The notes under the pieces: model-generated | Seen by the model: the letters and a program-made list of their open reading frames with translations, nothing else | Told to the model about the DNA's origin: nothing | The model's database searches: none | Shown: piece by piece, positions 39,421 to 51,848 of the stretch | How positions within the stretch are numbered: position 1 is the first letter of the stretch | Layout: each line of letters begins with the position of its first letter | Origin: Epiperipatus broadwayi | Taxonomy: Eukaryota; Animalia; Onychophora | Assembly: GCA_028023455.1 (NCBI GenBank) | Contig: JAQFVV010000009.1 | Coordinates: forward strand, 6,448,001 to 6,512,000 | DNA: 64,000 nt | Reading direction: 5' to 3' | Position numbers and translations under genes: made by a program

Positions 39421-41324
39421 TTATTTTTTAACGTGTGGCAAATCTTTTTTAACCCCAAATATCTATTTAATACCAGTTTATTATTATTAATATGAATAGC
39501 ATCTTTTATTTTTCTGGCTCTCTTATTATTTATAAATTGTATCATTTTTATACAATACTTCTCAAATTCATGTCATTTCTAATGCATGTAAATATTGAAA
39601 CAGTCGACCTTAGTTCAAGATCGAGTTTTACTGTTCTACCACAGCGCACATGTCATCCTGCTCCTTTTTTTTTTGTAAAATGTATATAAAATATACGTAT
39701 ATATCTGAGAAGCATCTGTGAGACTTATAAATATAAATCTGAAATAAAAATTTTCTTTAATTATTTTAAATATTAACTTTTATAGATGTGATTCAGATAT
39801 ATATATATATTACAGGAGCATATATATAATTAAAAATACTAAATAATTTTTGTCTTTTAAAATTGTATTTTTTTTTACTTTTATTTTAATACTTTGTAAT
39901 TACTTTTTTGTCATAAAACTACATAAAAATTCAAGATGGAAGGTGCAGGTGTTGACTGTCTAAAAATAATTAAAGGGGTGGGAAATTTGTTTCATGATTT
40001 TAAAAAGGAATTTGTAAATCAAAGTTAAGGAAAGTAAAATCTAAAACAAAGCCAATTGATTTTAGTTAGCTATTAACATTTTTATTAAATCCATTTCCAA
40101 TCTGGAAATTGGTTTGAATTGATTTTGGACAGTTATCTCACGACTGCATCTCTACTAACAATAGAGAAAAGATTTTTGTAAATTAAGGATCCATTAGAGT
40201 CAGAAAGTCTAATTAAAACAAACATTCTCTGAAGGGCTAAAAACTGACCTAAATAGGGCTAAAAATCTATTGTGTCAGAGTTTGGTCAATCATTGCTAAC
40301 CGACTTTACGTCCGTTCAATTTTTGAGGGGCCTAAGCCGCCTTCCTCTCCATCTTCAGTCCGACTCGTGCTGAGATGCAGCTCCTACCACTCAAGAGTGA
40401 CTGTGCTGTTAAAGAATGCCGCCCGCCACAGAAGATTCATCAATACTTTATAGAATCCTGAGGTAACCAGCCCAAAAACAGTATATTCACCATAGCCAGT
40501 TCTAATCTGTAATTTTATTTGTAAATTGTTTTCTTTACGTTTAATTTTTTTTAAAAAAAACTCACTAACCGGTGAGTATGTTAATCTTTTTGTATAAATT
40601 CTCTACTATAGAAATTAATCTTTCATCCAACTCACGCTTATTGTTTTTATAATTTAGAGTGGTTATAATTTAATTTTAATGACATTTTTATATTTTTTAC
40701 TCAATTTTATTTGTAAATGCCAATCAAACCTAATCTTACGAACTTCTATATCCTGCTGTGGAATAGAGGGGGGGGGGAATTAATGGGTTCTTGTTATTTA
40801 TTTCTAAATATCTTGTAAGATTGGGTTTGTATTTTAAATGAATACGTGCTTTTAAATAAATGTTTTATCGCAAATTTATATAAAATGTATGAATGCTTTG
40901 CAATCTGGGGTGGATATTGGTGTCTGTTAATTTTATGACTTCCTTTATTGATCATCATCACCAAAAGGCTGGTGACTTAAATCTATTTTGTTATTTATAC
41001 TTTTAAGTGTGTAAATTTTAATTTTTTTTATTATGTTAAAATATTGATTCAAGAAGGGGGAGCAATGCATGCTTCATTAATTATAGTTTAACTTATAATA
41101 AATGATTTTAGCTTACACGGGTCATTATTTTAGCATATCATTACATATTTGTTAAACCATTTAAGGCTTTACTTTAATATTTAAATTCAGTGACTTGATT
41201 GCGTTGCTGGCAGATGTCAAATTATTAATAAGCTGCATAAGGCTTTGATCTGATTCGCCTGTACCTCATTCCAGGGTGTCATGATCCTCTTCGTTAGTCA
41301 TTCTTCTCCTCCAAGTATATATAT

Positions 41325-43552
41325 TGTAACGATCCGGGGAATGCGACTTAACGTAAACTGCACTACGGGGCGCCATCTAGGCATTTGAACCTAGAAAAAT
41401 TTATAAAGTAGGCAGATACGTAAGTAAAAAAAAAAAATTTTTTTTTTATTTTGGTTCCGGTCGTTAGCCCATGTCACTAGCTCAGTGGAATAGCAGAGGT
41501 TAAATAATATCATATCTTATCTAATTAGATTTCAACATTAAAAAAATAAATAAAATAAGCCACTGCCAGCAATTAACATACAAAAATTTATTTACGCACA
41601 TATATATAAGATTTAAAATTATTTTAGTATTAGTTTTACATTTTAACATTTAACATTATTTTTAACTTTGATTTTTGACTTTAATTTACATTTAATTACT
41701 ATTATATTCTAATTTTACATTTTAATTAAGTTCGCACAGATAAATTTATGAAAGCTTGTTTATAATGTTGAATATAGATCGGTTACATAGATTTCACGGT
41801 CAAAAACATTTCAAAGTAAACATAAACGATCAAAATACAAAATTATTGATTACTGACAATTGCGGAGGGAACTTTATACGTAACCCAATAGTATTCACCA
41901 TAAGATACTGGCATTGTCACCAATAACTTAAAAGACATCCGAATAAATACATTTTTGATACTCACCGTAAGGTATCATTATTTATCGAATGTCTATATAT
42001 TTTGATCAAATATGGAAACGCAAAACATAGTTAACCAATAAACAATCCATGCAAGCGTCTATAAACAACTTAAATTTAATGCATTTTTATTTAGGGTCGG
42101 GTATGAATAGACCACATAAATTTGCTTTTGAAAATAAACATTCTATCCCTATTTAACCTTAGGCTAAAATTCGTAGTCAAACTGGCATCAATTCATCTGA
42201 TATATCGATGTATTCAATGTAATAAAATACGGCAGCACAAAAGGTTAAGAGAAGAAATTGCCTCTTATGAGATAGGAATATTACATCTATCTGCAAAGAA
42301 GAGCAATAAAACAAAAAACTCCATAGAAAGGAACTGCGGTATCCGACTTATAATTCCTTCCATAGGCAAACGGAAGTGTGCGGCGTATGAAGCGATTCTG
42401 CCCGTAGCGAATCAATATTACATCTACTAATCACACCAATATATCCAATCCATTGACCCAATTTAACCACAAAACAAATAACCTAAGATTACCCTCCCCT
42501 AATATAACTTTACAAATCTATACAGCCATTCACGCCCGACTTAAGTTTAACATTGATATATTTTAATTCATTGGAAAACAGAAATCATAAATAAACTTAA
42601 AGAACAAAGTTAAATAAATGGAAATGATTTTAAATAAATAAATAACAAATACATCAAATAACATTATTAATGAAGAATTTAGTTTGGTCAGATAGGATTC
42701 TATTGCATTATTTACTAAAAAGTTTTAAAATTTAGAGTTCTTATTGTTTCAAGTGAATATAAAGTTCTTACGATTTTTAAAACGTCCAACTTTATCCGTT
42801 GCTTGCCATGAACGTAAATTCCCACGCCGTCCTAAAGAGGTTAATATTCTGAAGGCCGATTTATTTATCCATCCGGAGATTTTTGCTTTAACTAATTTAG
42901 TTGGTCCTCAATGTAGAAAACGATAGTTCATTTCTCCTTTCTTTAACAGCTGACAGAATTGACAGTGCGTCTGTCAATTCCATCACCTCCAACTCCGTAC
43001 TACTACATATAGTCACATCGTAATAATCAATAATCAATCACTAATAATTTTCAACCTTGTCCTTTTATATTCATTTGAAGGATTGCATTTACATTACGTC
43101 ATCGATGCGATGATCCTTTTCGTTGAGGTCCGATTTCCCAATGGATTTCTTTCATTGGCTATTTGTTTCTATTGTTTTCCTATCTGACCCATGTTTTTAC
43201 ATTTAAATGCCCAAGGCTGGTTTACATTTGACTAATTAAATTTATCATTTCCATTTCTGATTAATTAACCTGTTTTCCAAATCAAAGATATATTTAAAGA
43301 TAAATTTAAAGATATAATTTTATCTCCAAATCTTTTTAAGTTTTTGTTTTTAAAATACCTTTTCTATTTTTAATACAGTTTTATTTTAATAATTTTTTAT
43401 ATCTGTGCGATTTAATATATACGAGTTTAAGATGATATTTAATTTCAATTTTTAATTCTTAAAGAAAAATTTTAAATGCGAACTTTTTAATTTACTTTCA
43501 TGTTTAATAAATATAAAAAAAAACAATGTAACGAACGTCTATGCTCGTTACA
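41325..43552 (-). mobile_element. Solo LTR, family X copy 2 (2228 bp)
   Basis: Termini are TGTAACGA...TCGTTACA with an ATAT 4-bp TSD on both sides. It is CpG-rich and homologous to 9287-11305. Confidence 0.8.
42122..42430 (+). CDS. Putative LTR-embedded antisense ORF or exon of unknown function, with a YxCxxC motif
   Basis: It is a 102-codon open frame. The homologous frame in copy 1 (minus strand, ~10497-10890) preserves many residues through synonymous codon changes. Confidence 0.5.
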   Translation: MLLKINILSLFNLRLKFVVKLASIHLIYRCIQCNKIRQHKRLREEIASYEIGILHLSAKKSNKTKNSIERNCGIRLIIPSIGKRKCAAYEAILPVANQYYIY

Positions 43553-44739
43553 ATATATATACTGCTTTGATCACCTGTACCTCATTCCAGGGATTCAAAG
43601 CCTCCCATTTTCATTCATGATAGAAGTCTATGTCTACTTCTAGAACATGCAGGTTAGAGTAGATGAAGCTCTGTATGGATGCGCCACGGTCCGGCCTATA
43701 GAAACTTCCTACCTACCTTTTCTTTCTGCACCGCTTTAGCATGAAGCTGGCGTGTACCACCTTAAAATTTGGAGAATGACATTGTCCTGGCCAAATGTGC
43801 CATTTCCTCTCGCTGATATTATGCTAGCACCGCCATTTCTTATAGTTAGTTTTCTAGCCTGTTTAGCAAAATAAATCATAATGATATGTGATAATAAAAC
43901 ATTTTTCTCTTTATTCGTTGGAGTTTAAATCCAACTTCTCATGAAACTGCCCTCCCCTTTTATTGAAATAAGCCGTTCCCGCAATTATAGAGTTTCGCTA
44001 TATTCTATCGTTAAATGCTGAAAATGTAAAATAAATAATGTTTTAGTCTACTGATCAAAATGTATCCTCATTTTAATTGTTATAAATAAAGTCTCTAAAT
44101 AAAAATAAACTTATGTATCAAATGCTAAAGGCATCATATTGAAATCGTATAATCAGCGAAACTCTATTGTATCTTTAAATATATATATATTTTTAAAATG
44201 TATAAAACATCCACCAAACAAACCCCTCCGATAAATCCATTTTTTGTAACATTGAATAAAAGACTATTTTTGAATATACATTCAATATTGTAACTACCGC
44301 ACTAAATTAATATTTGTTAAAATAAAAATAATTGTATCAAGTTTCTTAAATATTTATAATGAAAATAGTTTTAAAAGCGTGGAGTTGATTATATATATAT
44401 AAAACTCATCTTGAATTTTGTCCAAATAAATATTTATATTTTAAACTTTAATCCCAGTTGTTCGAATCTCCTTAATATATTTATCTTATGTTTTTGTTTT
44501 TACTTATATCTCGGGTTCACTCAATCTCTCATCATCATCATCAGTTGAGTTTTCATGTAAAACGTTGTAGCACCGGGCCGGGATATAATTAATTTATGTA
44601 GTATCACCGTAGATGTCCGTAGTGTTATAGATTTGGAGAATGTGCAAATAGGTTAGAATTCATGATTGCTCCTGACCGATTGGATTCGGGGTATTTTTGC
44701 TTAGATTCTAAATCTTGTTAGATGGACATACATTTTTGA

Positions 44740-45900
44740 CCGGTACAATATATTGGCGAATTTCTATCATATTTATGTTGTAATAGTCTTCTGTATATTG
44801 AATTTTTTGTTTCACCAATATAATTTATTTTTATATTATTAATTCTGCACTGTTTACAATTAATTTATATATTCCATTTATTTCATTATTTGAATCTTTA
44901 CTATAATTTTTAATGTATTTATTTTCTAATATATTAATCACATTATTTCTTTTATTATTCAATATTTTAACTTTTATTGTATTATCAAATTTTTTATTAA
45001 TTTCACTTATAATTTTATTTAAAATTTTAACTATATAACAGTTGTTAACTGTGTTTATACCTATATAATTAATTTTATCAATATTATTATTATTATTACC
45101 TTTTGTAGAAACCAACTTACTTTCTATTAACTTAATATTATTATTTATAAATTTATTTGGATATTTATTATTTATAAATTCTTTTTTTAATGAAATTTAT
45201 TTGTTTATTATAATCTTCTTTACTTGAGCAATAATTTGCTATTCTATGAATTTGAGAATATATAGTATTTATTTTATATTTGTATTTGAATAACAATAAT
45301 ATTATTATCTAATTTATTTTTTTATAAATTGATATTTCAATCCTACTCTTTCCTTCTTTATTTGACTTAATTAATTCTATATCAAAATTAAAATTATGAA
45401 TATAAATTAAGAAAAAATATTAAGTATTGTTATTAATAAAATAGGAAATATAAGACTGAAAATATAAACAAAATATAACATTAAAATAAAAAGTGAATAT
45501 ATTAATGAAAATAAAAAATAATAAATAAAATATAGAATTGTAGATTATATATATATAATTATAGAAAGTATTAAAAAAGTTTAAAGAAATTAAGAATATA
45601 TTTGTATAGGTATATATATAAAGGAGTATATAAAAGTATATATGTATAGATTAAAAAGAGGAATAGGTATTAAATCTATGTAAAGAATGTTTCTATATAA
45701 ATATCCTTTATTTGTTATAGATCTAAAAAAGATTACTGGGACAATCGAAACTGTTATAATGTAATTGATATAATAACTTTATAAAGCATTGTAAAATTAA
45801 GAAAAGTACTACTAATAATATTAGTTTTAATTAGTAAGTGTTCATTGTGGCTTAATGTTTATTTTCTATCTTTTAATGAACTTGCACTTCTTGTAAATAT
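44740..45900 (-). mobile_element. Penelope-like remnant: GIY-YIG fragment plus inverted terminal repeat
   Basis: The minus strand reads NGIYKLIVNS then NYIGETKNSIYRRLLQHK. The segment 45420-45900 is an oppositely oriented terminal repeat with a decayed hammerhead motif at 45719-45757. Confidence 0.7.
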
Positions 45901-46301
45901 GTGTTAAATAAAATGTATAACTATTTTAAAAAAACCTAACTCAGTTCTTTGTTTTTTACTAAATCCGATAGACAGTAAAATATTTTATTGCTTGCCATTT
46001 TTGCAACAGACGTATCGGGCATGTACATATTCTATATCATATAATCACTTCTATCATTGCAGAAGAAACAGGCAATATCAAACAAATAAAAAAAAAAGAA
46101 GTGAATTTAAATGCATTATTTAAATTAATAAATGAAGATAAACATATTGAAAAAATATTAACGCATATAATAAAGTATTTCTTTTTTAAAACGAGAGCTA
46201 CAGTTTATACATTAATATTTTTGAAACAGCTAAGTTTTGAAAGAAGAGTCAATTTTTAAAATATTTTCGTACAAAAATAAAAGACTAAATAAATATCTTA
46301 C

Positions 46302-46368
46302 CGTCAGAATTAACTTCTAATAATAATCGAAGGTGATCTTTATGTGTTTCATCTAAAACAAGCAACAT
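46302..46368 (-). CDS. COMMD2: COMMD2 coding exon 1 (67 nt)
   Basis: The minus strand reads MLLVLDETHKDHLRLLLEVNSD plus 1 nt, then a GTAAG donor. This resembles the remembered COMMD2 N-terminus (MLLELSEEHKEHLAFLPQVDSA). It is phase-1 compatible with the exon at 3762-3839. Confidence 0.9.
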
Positions 46369-46611
46369 TATTAAAAAATTTGAAGTAAAAATTCACAGGG
46401 AAATATATCACTGAACTCATCAAATATTCGAACGCCTTCTAAAGCGGAAGTTTGATTTTTAGCGCCCTCTTTAAATTTTCCATTAAAACTGGTCCTAAAG
46501 AATATACGTTATAAAATGTTCAAAGAAAAAAATAAAATGAAAAAACACTTAGGAATATTATTGTTCAAATATTTCTTATTGAATTGAAAGTTTTTATTAT
46601 TTAATGCTGCA
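46369..46611. promoter_or_regulatory. Putative bidirectional promoter / 5' UTR region for COMMD2 and the CEP63-like gene
   Basis: It is 243 bp between divergent ATGs and locally retains CpGs. It carries an ETS-like GCGGAAGT motif near 46444. Confidence 0.65.
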
Positions 46612-46658
46612 ATGATGAATCCTGAAAAACCTATACCTATATTAGGAACTATTATAGA
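46612..46658 (+). CDS. CEP63: Probable first coding exon of the CEP63/DEUP1-like gene
   Basis: It reads MMNPEKPIPILGTII plus GA, with a weak GTACAT donor. It is phase 2 and joins the exon at 46753 in frame across a 94-nt intron. It lies next to the divergent promoter. Confidence 0.55.
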
Positions 46659-46752
46659 GTACATGTGATTATATGTATTGCTTTTTTAAATTATTATTAC
46701 GAATTCATATCTCAATTTATCCTTTTTTTTTTACTTTGTAAATATTATTTAG

Positions 46753-46948
46753 AACTTTCAGAACGAAAGCTGTTTTGAAGTCTGGTTGTGAAGAAGAACT
46801 TATTGCTTTGATGAATAATATTAACCAACTAGTCACCGAGAGAGACCAAGAATGGTTAGAAAAAGTACAGCTTCTCGAGAGTAAAATAAAAAATCAGGAA
46901 AAAGGATCAAATGCTTTGAATGTGCTGTTAAAAAATAAAGATAAAGAG
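46753..46948 (+). CDS. CEP63: CEP63/DEUP1-family N-terminal coiled-coil exon
   Basis: A polypyrimidine tract and TTTAG acceptor precede TFRTKAVLKSGCEEELIALMNNINQLVTERDQEWLEKVQLLESKIKNQEKGSNALNVLLKNKDKE, followed by a GTAAAG donor. This resembles the remembered CEP63 segment [24 protein letters not shown]...DVTHKE. Confidence 0.85.
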
Positions 46949-49900
46949 GTAAAGAATGGATAATTTGAACTAAAGGAAAAGTGAAAGAAAGACCTGAGTG
47001 GTCTGTTAATTAACTACAGGGTTTTCCATTAGTCTAATGTCATGGAGGAAAAGTTTTTAAGAGACCAAAATAAAAACTATTTATTGTACTTGCCCTATAC
47101 TTATGTCTGATATTATTTTCAGTATTAATTTAAGAAGTTTTATCTAGTTAAAATTTTGGTTAATATTACCCGGGACAACGACATTAATAGCTTAATTCCT
47201 AACGTTAAGTTTTTTTTTTTATGTCTATATATTCACAAAATTACATATGTCACTCAAGATTATCTTTGTTAATTTTTTAAGAATTGAAATTTCTATAGAT
47301 GTCATACTATTTATTTTTTATCATTTTAATTCTACAGTCAATAAATAGATGCTTTGGCTCTCCCTACAATAAGCAAGGTAGCAAGTTACCATAAAATCTT
47401 CAATTTGATATTATATATTTTGTAATGTCTGTTAATAAAACTTTATTATTGATTTCCGTTATGAATTAACAGCTATTTACATAATATCACTCTTTTAGAG
47501 TTAACTAAATCTTGTTTTGGATTTACAGAGTCTGTATCCAGTTGTTAAATTTTGCAATGTTTTTCTTTTTGATTTCAAAAAAGTGTAATTATTTTGATTT
47601 GTTCCCTGATTGGTGATGCTATACTTATGGAACACCCTGTAGAGTAATATATCCCTATTTTAAAACTTATTTTCTGATAACATTTTTGCCAAATTAGATA
47701 TATATCATTGACAAATACCAGAGTATAGTAAGATTAAAATAGTCACATTTATTAGATCCATTCCATAAGCATCAATTATATTATTTAATAACTTCATTCT
47801 ACTTGTTAATCCAAATATTGCATTTTCTAAAATTTATTGCTAATATTACAAACTGGAAAAATAATACATCTTTTCTAAGTATTTTATGCTAAAGTCAACC
47901 TTCCTATTAGGATCTAGAAATATTATAACTTTATCTTTCTTATTGCATTACCAAATCCATATAATATTAATATCATTTATGTTCTTTATTACTTTTACAA
48001 AATTTCCTCAGGATGGAAGGTTTCAAAATGGCATTCTGTCATGTATAGCTGTAATTATCTTAAATATTACTCCCTTATTATAAACTTGTTTATAGATTAG
48101 GTGGGAATAATTATTGTATGAAGTATCGATATACTAATGTTAATTCATTTATGTAGTTGATCTGATATTTATAAATGTAATTTGTAAATTTATGTAATGA
48201 GCTGACTAATATTAATAAATGTTCACAAAACTATATTTTATAAACATAACTAAAAAAAAAAAATTGCTGCACTTTTCCAGTTTTTATTAATAAAGTTAAC
48301 TAAATCAAAGTTTTTTTAATTAATGGTAAAGATTTTTGTAATTTCATTTCATTATGTAATGGTAGGAATATAGACCTAAAATGAGATTGGAAGATTGATG
48401 CTACAAGAAAAAGTTTATTATTGTTTATTAACTATTCGATTTAGTTGGACACCAGTTTTTTTACAGAATGTGGAATATGATTAAGACAGTTTAAATCTCA
48501 TGTACCCATATGTTTTGGGCGAACATGATGTATCCTATTAAATCAATATTTATCAGAATTATAACAATAATAATAAATAGCTTTCTTACTTCTTCTGCCA
48601 AATTCTTGTTTATTTGTCTTTTTCCATTTTCTTCCATAACTTATATTTAGCAAGTTATTTCTAACATAAATCAAGAAGTCATGAACCTTTCTTATCTACA
48701 TATTAAATGGAGGTATTTCTATATAACAACATGAGAATATTAATTTAATAGATGTAATAACACATTTATTATATACAAGTTACATATAGTTATGCCATTT
48801 GTTGATGTTTCAGTATATTCCATTTTAATTTGCCCATAAAGATTATTAATTTCCTAAGGTGTATTGATTTTTTTTTTCTAACAATTGATTTCCCATTGGG
48901 CTTGAATTTTCAGGTTATCCTTTGGGGATATTTTTTTTGTCTGGTTGAATTATTTGAGATCTTATTACGATATATCCAATAATACTTAATTATTTTATTT
49001 TTCAAATATGATCTTATAAATAATTATAACAATTATAATTTGATAAATGCATAAGCTATTTAATAATAATTCTATTTACTCTAATTTAAAACTGACAGTA
49101 AGTTGTGGACCCATCACACATGTTATTCTAAACATTAATGCATACGTACTTTTATACAATTGGATACAATGTTTTAGAAATGATTTTTTATCAATACTTT
49201 ATAAACTCTCTTAATATTAAACTAATGTCATAATCCATGGGTTGAAAATGAATTTCTTTTTATCAATACTTTATAAAAAAAATTTAATACTAAACTAATG
49301 TCATAATTCATGGTTGAAAATATCTTTAGTAATTATCATCAAATACTTAAGATCATCTTCTTGCATTACATTTTGTTTATACTGTATGACTAAATTTAAA
49401 TAAACCAGAATTGAAATATTTATAGATGGAATTAAGTAATAAAATTATTAAGAAGTAAATATGATCATATGGACAAATGACATTCATTTAATATAAGCAA
49501 ATACACAAGAAAATTCTCTATAAAACTCCATTAAACATTCAAGACATGATATATAAAATAATGCTGTGTCTTAAGACCAGCAAGTAAATAAATGGACAAA
49601 GGCAGAATTGAGATGGTAAGATTATAGTTTAATACGAATAATTTTAACTATATACATTGCCTATTATAAGGCGTAATAAAATAATAAAAGGTCGTGGTGA
49701 CCTGCATATAAATACCCTAGTCCTGCTTTTGGACTTACAGAGGCAGGAGTCTCTGACTAAATTAAAACTCAGAACATACTCAGAACAATTAGATCAGGTT
49801 ATGAGGGTTTATATACCCCTCAAGACTTCTGGAGTCTTTTACATTCCTAACCATATATGGTGTTTTTACTTACGTTTTCACATACACGCAGTATTTTCAC

Positions 49901-50880
49901 ATTTCTTACCATATATGGTATTTTACATAGTTTTCTGATCCTATAAGGTCAGCTGGGCTTTCTATTATTATACAACTTTCTATGATTTAACAACATTGCA
50001 ATTTTACACAATCGTTATTCTTAATTACTATACAGTTATTTTATATATTTATTATACATTACAGTTATTATTTTTATTCTACATTTATACAATTATTATT
50101 ATTGTTTTACATATTCGTTATATTTATACAATTATTATTATTTACCTATTCATTATACATTATATGTGTTTATACTGCAAATAACATCTCAAAAAAAGCA
50201 TTTTCATGGTCACATATAACAGGATTATGTTAATCGTTCATGGCAAATCTGTCTTCAAAATACTATTAGTTTTATAAATCATCTCAATATGGCTCATAAT
50301 TCAGGGCACATTAACTATCTATAATAAAAGTACAAATAAATCTGCAACAAATTATCCTTTTAATTCATCTAATCTGACATGACTAACAATAAATAGATGG
50401 CTACATTGTAATATTTTTCTATGCATTTCACCTTTTAACACTGATATATATATATATCTGACGACTGCATTTAAATATAACTGGATCATAATCAGTTTCA
50501 TATATTTTAAATATCTATGTAACTTTTTAAGAATTAATAATTTAACATTTATATCTAAATAATAATAGGATTTATTTCCAAAGATATTTAATGAATCAAA
50601 TAATTTATTATAACATATATATCCACATATATCTGTTCTTGCTTTTATTTTAGATCAATTTTATATCAGTACATAATTATACTTAATATAAAGTTTTAAT
50701 TTTAACTGGTTTATAATGTAAATCTTTTATTCTCTCATTTATAATTTAAGAGCCAAATCTTAATAAAGCAGGCTCTTTTTATTAATAACATTAAAAAGTT
50801 TCTTTAAAATATTTCTAAACTCTTTACTATTTCTCTTTTTACCATTACCCATATATTAACATAATACCATAACACATTGC

Positions 50881-51332
50881 CACTATATAAATGAATACTC
50901 CCACTTTTTCAAACACAAGATAAAGTCTTTAAGAAAATATAGAATGAATCCATCTATATTTTCGACCCAACCGTATATGTATGGGCAAATCTGAAGTATT
51001 TGAAATGAAGAGCGTGAAGTTATTAATTGATCACTTTAAATTACTTTTTTACTACGTAAATGAATAACGCCAATGAAATAAATGTCTTGTTTACATATGT
51101 TTAATTAAGAATGACGTATCGTAAATTCTAGAAATTTCATTGGCATCATTCATTTACGTAGTAAAAAAGTAATTTAAAGTGATCAATTAATAACTTCACG
51201 CTCTTCATTTCAAACACTTCAGATTTTCCCATACATATACGGTTGGGTCAAAAATATAGATGGATTCATTCTATATTTTCTTAAAGACTTTATCTTGTGT
51301 TTGAAAAAGTGGGAGTATTCATTTATATAGTG
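50881..51332. repeat. Long inverted repeat, ~199-bp arms, 54-nt spacer
   Basis: Arms at 50881-51079 and 51134-51332 have about 5 mismatches. Confidence 0.95.
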
Positions 51333-51848
51333 ACATCTGCAAAGCGCATGTGTATTAGCTTTTTGGTTTATTAATATTATAGATTATAAAAAAAAAAACA
51401 TTGCGCTATATAAAAAAAGAAATGTCTTGTTTACATCACACATTCTAAAATTATATCTTAACATTTGTACATCTAACATAGAAAAAAAAAATACACTTTC
51501 AATTTTTCAAATAAACATAATAGTCAAACATTAAATTTACACTCGAATGCCTGTAATGCATTTTAATTCTTATACATGAGCAATTTTATATAAGGTAAGG
51601 TCAATTTATTACATAAAGCTAAATGATAGCATTCAAGTTACTCTTTCACTTCCATTATGTCTTCCCATGTTTAAAATATATTATGATATTTAAACATTAC
51701 ATAAAATTATACTAAAATATTTCAAAATAAAATAAATATTTTCAACAAAAATTATCAAAAAAAAGAAAAATTGGAAATTATATTTGTGGTATATAGTTAA
51801 ATATTTGAATTTTTTTTTCTTCTAATAAAAGTTATAGTGAAATAAGTG

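Noticed and set aside
40416-40462. ATG-initiated 47-nt exon MPPATEDSSILYRILR, phase-compatible with the CEP63-like exon at 46753
   Set aside because: It would have to span the COMMD2 start. An equally phase-compatible exon at 46612-46658 lies beside the divergent promoter, and the region looks repeat-derived. It is not fully excluded without RNA data.
43655-43710. AGATGAAG...stem...GAAAC hammerhead-like string
   Set aside because: The CUGANGA core is broken, and there is no convincing stem I or III or cleavage triplet.
50881-51332. CACTA...TAGTG termini suggesting a CACTA or Transib element
   Set aside because: There is no matching TSD, and the right-hand sequence continues past the supposed terminus as part of the tandem unit.
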